Under the pieces are notes generated by a model. The model saw nothing but the letters and a program-made list of their open reading frames with translations, was not told the DNA's origin and did not search any database. The translations under genes were made by a program, and so were the position numbers. A stretch of 64,000 nt of DNA from an uncultured virus (IMG/VR IMGVR_UViG_3300048576_000587) (taxonomy: Duplodnaviria; Heunggongvirae; Uroviricota; Caudoviricetes): the IMG/VR virus record IMGVR_UViG_3300048576_000587. The stretch is one strand, 5' to 3'. Below are positions 26,556 through 35,500 of the stretch, one piece after another. The first letter of the stretch is position 1. Every line of letters begins with the position of its first letter.

Positions 26556-28084
26556 TGGCAATTGATATAGATGGACTGGATTGGATGGGATACAACGACT
26601 TTTCTGGTGGAGAAAATGTTGATGCCCATCCGGACAATCTGGCTGACAATGAGGTAGAAGTCGGAGAAAATGTTGATTTTAATATTGCCGGGGGATTTGA
26701 AACCCGGCTCGGCTGCACCGCTTTAAATGAGGAAAGTTATGGTGCTCAAGTCGAACAGGTTTTTGAATGGTTAAAGCCGGACGGTACTGCCCAATTAATG
26801 GCAATGATCGGCAATTCTTTTCACAAGGTGGCTAACGATGGGACCGCTACATTAATTCAGGCCATGGGTGGAGCCGGTAAACTACCGAATTTCCCGTTTC
26901 AAACTAATTTATACATTATTGATTATATGGCCGGGAACTATTATACGTATAATGGCACCACTTTATCAGAAGTAATCGCGGCGGATGGAGCCGATCTGAA
27001 CTTCGTAAAAAATTGCAAGTTTGCCGTATGGCATGATAAAAGTTATCGGTGGTTGTTCGGAGGGAATTCCAGCGACAAAATTGGGTTAATGTATTCGGAG
27101 GCAAATGAACCCAACAATGTTCAACCGGGTTCAATTTTATATCCCACCCGGGCCATGGGGAACCTTCTAGGATTACCAGATTTTGCGGGAAATATCATAG
27201 CATTTTATAAATATGGCGCCAGAATATGGCGCGGGACCGATCCGGAACTTGATGTTGAATGGGCTAGAATACCACTTCCGGAAGGAACCCATAATAATTT
27301 CTCTAACAGTCTTACGCCTGGTTCTCTTACCTATATGGGTAATAGTGGTCTATGGATGATTACTCCGGCTGTATTAAATTACAATGTTACTATTCAAACG
27401 GCCAATGACCTGGTTCCTAATCTTGCATTTGGAAAACAGACTAAGAACATCATTGCCGCCTCTAAGGTCCGGCCTGATTTGGCATGTTCGGTTTATGACC
27501 CGCTCACTGGGCTTTTATTCGTGGCTTATACCAAAACAGCCGGCGCAACAAGAAACAACCGGGTAATGGTTCACCGGTGGGGGACCCGAGCGTTTTGGCA
27601 TTATACCGGTTGGCAAGTGAATGATTGGTGCCTCCGGGCCAATGGGGATCTTTTGTTTGCGGGAAACGGGTATATATATAAAGTTCGAACTGGGACCAGT
27701 GACGCCGGGATGACAATAGACCAAAAAGTTGATTGTAAACGGGTTAATTTGGGACGGCCCAACAATCATAAGACGGTTGGTAAATTGTTGGTTGAATCAG
27801 GGCCGGTGGCGGAGGTTAGCACGACCGACATTGAAATAAAATCAGTAGAAGATTCTCATGTTGAAACAAATGTCCCTCTGACTACTACCCGGCTCTGGAC
27901 TGACCCTTGGAATTCACCATGGGGATCACGAGATAGTTTGTTGACGGAAATAAATTTCGACCCGCCGCTGACCGGCAAAAAGTTTCAGGTAAAGTATCGG
28001 AATGACCGGATTGATGAACGTATGTTAATTTACGGGTATAGCTTCGGAAGTATTCCGAGCGCCCCAATTGGCGAAAGGAGATAA
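26555..28084 (+). CDS. Tail nozzle/stabilisation protein (tubular B-like)
   Basis: DFSGGEN...L.DNE....NVDF...G..TR.G N-terminus; beta-rich 509 aa. Confidence 0.75.
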   Translation: MAIDIDGLDWMGYNDFSGGENVDAHPDNLADNEVEVGENVDFNIAGGFETRLGCTALNEESYGAQVEQVFEWLKPDGTAQLMAMIGNSFHKVANDGTATLIQAMGGAGKLPNFPFQTNLYIIDYMAGNYYTYNGTTLSEVIAADGADLNFVKNCKFAVWHDKSYRWLFGGNSSDKIGLMYSEANEPNNVQPGSILYPTRAMGNLLGLPDFAGNIIAFYKYGARIWRGTDPELDVEWARIPLPEGTHNNFSNSLTPGSLTYMGNSGLWMITPAVLNYNVTIQTANDLVPNLAFGKQTKNIIAASKVRPDLACSVYDPLTGLLFVAYTKTAGATRNNRVMVHRWGTRAFWHYTGWQVNDWCLRANGDLLFAGNGYIYKVRTGTSDAGMTIDQKVDCKRVNLGRPNNHKTVGKLLVESGPVAEVSTTDIEIKSVEDSHVETNVPLTTTRLWTDPWNSPWGSRDSLLTEINFDPPLTGKKFQVKYRNDRIDERMLIYGYSFGSIPSAPIGERR

Positions 28085-28088
28085 TATT

Positions 28089-28877
28089 ATGGGTACAGCA
28101 CATATTCCAGCGAGGAGTTTTACGGGTTCAACTTCTAATACAACGGCGGCGGGGACTGCCACCATTGACCAGATCAACAACGATCAAGACGAACAGAATA
28201 TCATGATGAATCCGGATGGGGTTCATGCCAACGGTGACCGGGGGGGGGTTCACAAGGATAATCTTATGACGGACTCGGAAGGGAATAATGATTCGGGCAT
28301 TATTACGGAGGATAATATCGGGGAGCAAAACGTGGCAGAAGCCGATAATGTCACTACCAATATTAACGGGCATGCCATAACGGATATTTTCGAAACGGAT
28401 GGGGTGACGGCGAAAAATGCAAGTAATGGATGTCCTGCTGGAGCAGTATTGTCATTTGCCAGAAATACCCCTCCGCCCGGTTGGTTGGAATGTAATGGCG
28501 CAGAAGTATCACGATCTATGTACGAAAATCTGTTCTTGGCCATTGGGATAACTTGGGGGGCCGGAGATGGGTCTACTACTTTTAAACTACCTGACTTAAG
28601 AGGTGAGTTTGCGAGAGGTTGGGATCATGGTCGGGGAGTAGATTCCGGGCGGGTATTTGCTAGTTCCCAGAGTGAATTAATTAAAAATCATATTCATTCT
28701 ATAACAACGTTTAAAAATATAATTCTTACCAATACCATGGGAATTCAAAATGGCAGCAACTTTCCTTGGATGTTCGGTGGTTCTACAGATATAAATACAA
28801 CTGGTAACCCTCAGAGCGAAGCGGGTGTGGAAACCAGGCCGAGAAATGTTGCATTACTTTTCTGTATAAAATATTAA
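28089..28877 (+). CDS. Tail fibre with collar domain
   Basis: PAGAVLSFA...PPGWLECNG..VSR..Y..LF..IG..GDGSTTF.LPDLRGEF...ETRPRNVALLFCIKY. Confidence 0.9.
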   Translation: MGTAHIPARSFTGSTSNTTAAGTATIDQINNDQDEQNIMMNPDGVHANGDRGGVHKDNLMTDSEGNNDSGIITEDNIGEQNVAEADNVTTNINGHAITDIFETDGVTAKNASNGCPAGAVLSFARNTPPPGWLECNGAEVSRSMYENLFLAIGITWGAGDGSTTFKLPDLRGEFARGWDHGRGVDSGRVFASSQSELIKNHIHSITTFKNIILTNTMGIQNGSNFPWMFGGSTDINTTGNPQSEAGVETRPRNVALLFCIKY

Positions 28878-28892
28878 GAGCACATCATTTAT

Positions 28893-29306
28893 TCAAAACT
28901 TGTAAATTCCTTGCAAATACATTCCATTGCCTTGAATTTCACTTAAATTTGTTCCGTTGTCAACGGCATGGTTGCACCAAGTACAAAGTTTTAACGCCGT
29001 ATTTTCCCAAACGTTAAACTGTAAGTAAAATTCATATAATTGATTTGTCGGTGCAAAAGACGGTATTAAGTTAAAATAAGTTCCAAATCCATTGGTAAAT
29101 GTAGTTTGCGTTGTTCCAACAGAAAACCAATCAGTGAAATTGTAATGTAAATCCATTACCCATGATTGATATCGGAAGGAAGGATCGGTTAATTCGTATT
29201 TAAAACCAACTGCACCATGAATGCCTATATCTTCTTCACCCATAACCGGCACCGTAAACAGCGCCAACAAAACCATCGTCATTAAAAATATTTTTAACAT
29301 TTTCAT
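28893..29306 (-). CDS. Secreted, outer-membrane beta-barrel-like moron protein
   Basis: Signal peptide, alternating amphipathic beta-strands, C-terminal YLQGIYKF; own TTGACA promoter (about 29331-29359). Confidence 0.65.
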   Translation of the reverse strand: MKMLKIFLMTMVLLALFTVPVMGEEDIGIHGAVGFKYELTDPSFRYQSWVMDLHYNFTDWFSVGTTQTTFTNGFGTYFNLIPSFAPTNQLYEFYLQFNVWENTALKLCTWCNHAVDNGTNLSEIQGNGMYLQGIYKF

Positions 29307-29377
29307 TTTGGCCACGCTCCTTTTTATCTAAAAGTATACCCAATTTTCACTTTTGTCAACATTCAATTTTACCGGAG

Positions 29378-30061
29378 GTGATATTTGTGACGATTCAACG
29401 AGCGCGACGAATGGCCAGTTTTTCACCGGCCCAGGACCCGCAGATACAGGAAATTCTCAACAAACTGAATGCTGTAATCGATGAATTTTTACCCATAGGA
29501 CTGCCGCTTGAATGGCCGTGGAAGGACTTGCCACCAGGGCGATGGTTATGGTTAGACGATCGAACCATCGGAGATTCATCTAGCGGTGCAACGGGTAGAG
29601 CGAATGACGATATATTAGTGCTGTATACCAAGATATGGACTGACTACAACAATACTACCGCTCCGATATATACATCTTCCGGAGGAGCCAGCACTAGAGG
29701 AACCAGTGTGAAGGTAGATTGGGAAGATCATAAACGAATTAGTCTTCCAAAAAGGCAAGGTAGAATTATAGTAGCTATGGACGATTACGGAAATGGTGGT
29801 AGTTCTGCAAATCAAATAACGGCTGTTTGGGCCGATACACTAGGAAGTGTATTTGGAGAAGAAAAGCATAGTCTTACCGCCTCAGAAAACGGGCCTCATA
29901 CTCATGGATTACCACGAGGCGATCAGGATTATGCAAATGGTACCAAAAGTAGTGTTTGGGGACAAACCTACGGGGGACTCGCGACGGGAACTAGTGGGTC
30001 AGGTACGGCCCATAACAATGTTCAACCATCGGTAACAACAAAATATATAATTCGATATTAA
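29378..30061 (+). CDS. Second collar-type tail fibre protein
   Basis: PIG...W, GEEKHSLTASE..PHTH...AHNNVQPS...YIIRY. Confidence 0.8.
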   Translation: MIFVTIQRARRMASFSPAQDPQIQEILNKLNAVIDEFLPIGLPLEWPWKDLPPGRWLWLDDRTIGDSSSGATGRANDDILVLYTKIWTDYNNTTAPIYTSSGGASTRGTSVKVDWEDHKRISLPKRQGRIIVAMDDYGNGGSSANQITAVWADTLGSVFGEEKHSLTASENGPHTHGLPRGDQDYANGTKSSVWGQTYGGLATGTSGSGTAHNNVQPSVTTKYIIRY

Positions 30062-30071
30062 GGAGGCAAAA

Positions 30072-30320
30072 ATGACTTATGATGAGGCTTTTACAAAAGT
30101 AATCAATAATGAGATGGAAGTAACTTGTGATGAGATTTATCCGGCCTTTGTTACAAATGCCAAAAAGCAATATCTTACTTTTAAAAATCGACTGATTGAC
30201 TGCTTTACTTCACGGGAAATCATTAAATATAATCCGGTGAGTAATGATTTTGAATGGTATGGCTGTCCGCCCGATGAAGTCACGCAGCCTACAGTCGTAT
30301 GGCGCGAATACACCGAATGA
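30072..30320 (+). CDS. Hypothetical protein
   Basis: AGGAGG RBS. Confidence 0.55.
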   Translation: MTYDEAFTKVINNEMEVTCDEIYPAFVTNAKKQYLTFKNRLIDCFTSREIIKYNPVSNDFEWYGCPPDEVTQPTVVWREYTE

Positions 30321-30787
30321 AGTTGACCGAATTTTATAACTCTGATTTGCCCATTGTCCAAAAATGGATGGCAGATCAATCTCTCATGTATTATATTGTC
30401 ACTGAGAAATCGGAGTCATCCATGCCTTATGTCAGCCTTGCAATCAGATCCGGCCCGACCTTAATTGGTTGGGCCAATCTTTTTAATATTGATTTTGATA
30501 ACCAAAAAGCTGAGTATGGCATAGCGATTCCGGACCAAAAATTCACCCGGCTCGGCGGCCTGGTCACCATCCAAATGCTAAAATATGCTTTTAACGATTT
30601 AGAACTTCACCGGATATACGTCCGGCCACTGGCGACCAATTGTTTGCCACCGGGCGAAGATATGCGGGACCGGTTCGGTTTTGTCCGGGAAGGAATAGAA
30701 CGCCAAGCCGTAAAACGTGGAGATATTTGGGAAAATGTGATAGTAATGAGTATATTAAAAGATGAATTCTTACGGAGGTGGGGATAA
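30317..30787 (+). CDS. GNAT (RimJ/RimL-type) acetyltransferase
   Basis: AEYGIAI...YAFNDLELHRI...N...GFVREG; position before ejection proteins as in many podoviruses. Confidence 0.85.
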   Translation: MKLTEFYNSDLPIVQKWMADQSLMYYIVTEKSESSMPYVSLAIRSGPTLIGWANLFNIDFDNQKAEYGIAIPDQKFTRLGGLVTIQMLKYAFNDLELHRIYVRPLATNCLPPGEDMRDRFGFVREGIERQAVKRGDIWENVIVMSILKDEFLRRWG

Positions 30788-31395
30788 TGCCTGCAATACC
30801 AATAATTACAACTGGATTAGGGATTGTAAACGGTATCAACCAAAACAACCAAGCTAATCAACAAAATGATTTAACCCGTCAACAAGTCGAGCTTGAGGCA
30901 CAGAAATTCAATTGGAACAAGGAACAGACTGAACGAGAATATCAAAATAGGATATTATCGGCCAATAAGTTTTGGGATGAATATAACAATACAACCACTC
31001 CTACTTATGAGGATGCGTATACGCAAGCGGGTAATCAATTGTCACCCATGTATGATACTCAAATGAAAGAGGGTTTGCAAAATCTAGGTAACACTCTAAA
31101 GACGCGGGGATTCTACGGACAATTGCCAGGTGACGTACTTACCCAAAATGCGGCAGCAAAATCAATCGAGGCTAAGAATGCCGCAATTGGGGGACTGGCG
31201 AATAATTTGTATCAGGCTGGTCAGGATAGAAAAAACAACCTGCAACAGCTTGGAATGAGTACGTTTGGGACATATGGGAATACGGAACTTCCCAAAACTC
31301 CTGATCCTGCTATTTCCACTTCCGCCACTCCTAATACTAGTGATATACTAAAAAAACTCATTGGAAGTAAATTTGCTTGGGTAGGTGGAGCATAA
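30787..31395 (+). CDS. Putative ejection/pilot protein
   Basis: Hydrophobic Gly-containing N-terminus and Gln/Asn-rich helical body. Confidence 0.65.
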   Translation: MPAIPIITTGLGIVNGINQNNQANQQNDLTRQQVELEAQKFNWNKEQTEREYQNRILSANKFWDEYNNTTTPTYEDAYTQAGNQLSPMYDTQMKEGLQNLGNTLKTRGFYGQLPGDVLTQNAAAKSIEAKNAAIGGLANNLYQAGQDRKNNLQQLGMSTFGTYGNTELPKTPDPAISTSATPNTSDILKKLIGSKFAWVGGA

Positions 31396-32498
31396 TGGCG
31401 AATGGATGGGACACGATTATACAAGCATTAAATAATTATGGTGACCAAACCGGCTGGAATACTCGCAATAAATTAACACCGGTAGATTGGGGTGCAACTC
31501 TGTCCAAACTATTCAAAAGGAAAGATACTATCCCGGTGATGAACGGCACTCAAACAGAGCCGGTGAATAATATGACCGCCACCGACCAACGAATGCTTCA
31601 AAGTGTTGGGGTAAATGTCCCGGGTATGAATGGACCAGCTTCGCCCGATGCTCAAACCACTCAAAATTTACGTTCGGTTGGACTAACCATTCCAGAGGTA
31701 ACCGGCTCTTTCACTCCAACCGGCAGTCAAACAATGCCTTTAAATGGACCGGCCCAGCCGGATATTCGTTCTCAGTATTTCCAAAATAATGCTTACGCCG
31801 GGTACCTCCCGACCGGAAAAGAAATATTGACCCGGCAAGTATCACCTGAACTTATGAATTTGATGCAGGGCTGGGAAAAGGATCAACAATCCAATGATTT
31901 AGGCCAAAGAATTCAACAGGCTCAATTAGAAAACTTGACCCGGAAAGGTGAAGTTGATCCATTGGACCAGGAGAAAAAGCGCGCTGAAATTGCCAAACTG
32001 ATACGTGATGCCAATGCGCCTTATTCAACCGGTTCCGGTCAAAAAGAAAAAACATTTGTTGATAAAATGAATACCGCTTATGATGATTTTCGCTTAGGGA
32101 GTTCTAATTATTACAAGCAAAATGAAAAACCGGTACCGGATGTTGTATCCTGGATACGTTCGAACTACGGTGAAAATGCGGCCAGACAATATAAGGCGGA
32201 GGTCACCGGGGATAAGAAACAGCTTGAGATTCCTACAACGGCCAGTAAGTTGGGGATATCGAATTATAAGCCCAGTAAAAATTATACTGCGGAAGAGTTT
32301 TGGCAAGTAGATAAAGATGTTCAGTCTCAAAAAAGTATTAAAAAAGTTGTCGATAATGTTATCGCCAGGATGCAAAAAGGAGAAGACGTTCCTGATGGAT
32401 ATGTGCAAGCTTTGGCTGCGCGGATGTTTCCAAAATCATCGAATCCTCTCAATGATTTTAAAAATAAGTATCATGCTCAATTTTATGCCCAAAATTAA
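31395..32498 (+). CDS. Putative internal virion protein
   Basis: Position between the pilot and the large ejection protein. Confidence 0.6.
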   Translation: MANGWDTIIQALNNYGDQTGWNTRNKLTPVDWGATLSKLFKRKDTIPVMNGTQTEPVNNMTATDQRMLQSVGVNVPGMNGPASPDAQTTQNLRSVGLTIPEVTGSFTPTGSQTMPLNGPAQPDIRSQYFQNNAYAGYLPTGKEILTRQVSPELMNLMQGWEKDQQSNDLGQRIQQAQLENLTRKGEVDPLDQEKKRAEIAKLIRDANAPYSTGSGQKEKTFVDKMNTAYDDFRLGSSNYYKQNEKPVPDVVSWIRSNYGENAARQYKAEVTGDKKQLEIPTTASKLGISNYKPSKNYTAEEFWQVDKDVQSQKSIKKVVDNVIARMQKGEDVPDGYVQALAARMFPKSSNPLNDFKNKYHAQFYAQN

Positions 32499-32516
32499 AA
32501 AAGCAGGTGATTAATT

Positions 32517-35500
32517 ATGCTGGGCACTGAACTTTTTGGTTCAAGTTCTACAATATCAAAAAAGAAACCGGGCAAATATATAAATGGAGAGCAATTGTTC
32601 GGAAAGTTTTCCGTCCAAGATAACATTCCCGGAATGACCGAAACCGGAAACATTGACCTTAATAATCGTCCCCGCGTGAAAAATCCAGATGACAGTATCA
32701 GCACCGTCCGGAGTATGGGGGTGAACATCGATGGTCAGGAAGTGCTTATTCCAACTGTTTCCGATGATGGCCGGGTCATGTCGGATGATGAGGCAATTCA
32801 GCAGTACATGAAAACGGGTAAGCATCTAGGAAAATTTAAGACCATAGAAGCATCGAACGCTTACGCCAAACAGCTTCATAATGACCAAGAAAAATTATTA
32901 AACGAACAATCCCAGAATCAAAATAAAGCGTCATTTGACCCTTTCGGTTCAGTATACAATTCATTGCAAATGGGAGCCGGGGAATTTAATACAGGGTTGG
33001 CTAAATTGGTCGAATCACCCGTCAACCTTGTTCGTACTGCCATTAATACGGTTAATCCGAAAGCACAATTACCGGAATGGAATCCTTTATCATCGTTCAC
33101 CCAAGGTCAGGCCGAACCGTATGCACAAAAAACGCAGGAATTGGCTACTAATCCATCCAATCAAGGATTCCAATTGGCTGGAAATATGCTTGCACAAATA
33201 CCCCAAGACCTTTCCTTATTGGCCGGTAACGAGGCGGCGCTTGGTTCAATTGTCTCCAAAACTCCCTGGCTTTCAAAACTTGGCCCGGAATTGCAGGCAT
33301 TTGTGAAAGGGGTTACAACTGCACCGGGATATACTCTTAGTAAGACAGCAATATCAGAAGGACGATTACCGACCGCCGAAGAGTATGGGAAAGATTTAGT
33401 TTTCTTTGGGGCGGCTCCCCTGGGTGGACAGGCAGTGGCAAAATCATTTGAAAAATTATTGCCGGATGCCCCTAAATTTATTTCCGGAGGATTAGAAGGG
33501 GCGGCAGAAGGAGCAACTGGGTTAACCGCCACTTATCCACTGGCGACGGATGAAGAAAAAAGTAATTACAATAGTAATTACTTGCCTACCGCTGTTTCGA
33601 TGGGACTTTTAAAAGCTGGACCCGGTTTAATGACTGATTTAAGCGGGGCAAAAATTAAGCCGGGAGCAGAAAAAGTTCCGGTAAATTTCGGTCAAAACGA
33701 TAACAGGAATATCTCTCCTAAAACAGAAATTAACAATCGAAATACGTTACGAGGAGAGGATATTTTTGGACCAACCCAAGAAATCCAAAGTGGTATCAAT
33801 CAAGAAAAAACGCAAACGGTACCGCCCACCCAATCCGAACAAACCACCGGGAACCGTGGCCGAACGAAAAATATACCCGGAGATATGGGAGAAGATATAC
33901 GAGTAAAAGTACCGGGCGGTAAAAATAACGCCGATATGGGCGGGTATGCTTATGAACGGGAAGCTATTCCCCCAGGGCCGGAACCCAATCCAAACAAAAA
34001 TAGTCAGTCGAACAATCAATCATCGTCTCAGACTTCCACCGGAGCCGCCGATGTCTCATCCATAGAAATGCCGGAATTAGTGGAGTTAGTAAAACAAATC
34101 AATGACGGTAAAGTCCCTCACGTTAAAGAGCAACTTGGAAACGCGTTGGGGCTTTTTTCTCATTCTAACGGTCCAGACGGTAAAGGGGATATAAAATTAA
34201 GAGCGGATATTTTTAAAGATCCGGCTCTGGCCACCCGGGTCATGTCCCATGAAATTGGTCATATGGTTGACTGGTTGCCAGATAAAACTCTTTCCCGGGG
34301 GAATATTTTAGGACGGATTGGATCTTTTCAGAATTTCATGAAGCGAGTTTTACCGGAGAAACCGGGGGCGCTTGGAGAGCTGACCGAAGCCGATCGGCTC
34401 CGGCTAAAAAAGCAGGCCGAACAAATGGTGAACGGTCAAAAGGCCGGTACGGTACAAAATCCTCCCGGTATTACCCCAAAAGATGTTTTGGATATCTGGA
34501 ATGATGTGAATGCATTCCAGAAAAATAAGCCCTTATTTGATTATATTAAAAAGCTTTCAGGAGCGGAGAAAAAGCAGATTTTGAAAGATGCTTTTGCCGG
34601 GCAGGTCAATTTTACTCTTCCCGGACAGAAACCGGCCGGAAATTATAACGATTGGTCCGCTGAAATTAAAGCAAAATATCAAGATTTGATTCACCAGGAA
34701 ATCCTCAAACGGAAACTGTTTGAATATGAAACGGTGAACAATGAATTGAAAAATCTTTCCCAAAGGTGGAAACCGTTCGACCCGGCAAAGGATAGAAAGT
34801 ATACGGCGTATCGGTTCTCTTCCAAGGAACTGTACGCCGATTCTATTTCAGTGTTGTTTAATAATCCGAATCTTTTAAAACAAGAAGCGCCTAATTTTTA
34901 CAAGGCGTTTTTTAATTATCTCGAAAACAAGCCCAGGGTGAAAGCAGTTTATGAGGATATCCAAAACCGGCTCACCAATCCGGTCACAACAGGTCAAAAT
35001 CGGCTTGAAGGTGCTTATAAAATGCTCGAAGAAGGAAATAAAGCCCGGGCGGAAGCGGTCAAGAGAGGAATTCCCAAGTTAAAAGATATTCCAGATTCAC
35101 TCGAAAAGCTTTTGATCGACCGTGACCAATCATTATTAAAACAGATTCGAAAAGGAACTAAACAAGGCGGCAATACAGCCAAGCTTGCGGCCAATGCCCG
35201 ACAGGAGTTGGAAGAAACCAAATACATGGCAGCGGAGGCAAATGACTATGTTTTTAACTTGAATAAATCAGTCATTAAACCTATGTCTGATGCCGGATTG
35301 TCCATGGAAGATATGGGCGTATACCTTTTGGCAAAACGAGCTTCCACTGAACGGTCAACCATTGCCAACCCTCGCGGTCTGGATGAAAAAGCGGCTAAAC
35401 AAATGTTGGGAAATTTAAAAATAAAACTGGGGGATCCAAAATATAATGCGCTGGAAAAGTCGGTAGAATCATACCGGACCCTACGGGAAAAAACAATTAT

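Noticed and set aside
28089..30061. Invertible fibre cassette (shufflon) driven by the small resolvase
   Set aside because: All fibre genes are co-oriented, no flanking inverted crossover sites were seen, and the small resolvase lacks a DNA-binding domain
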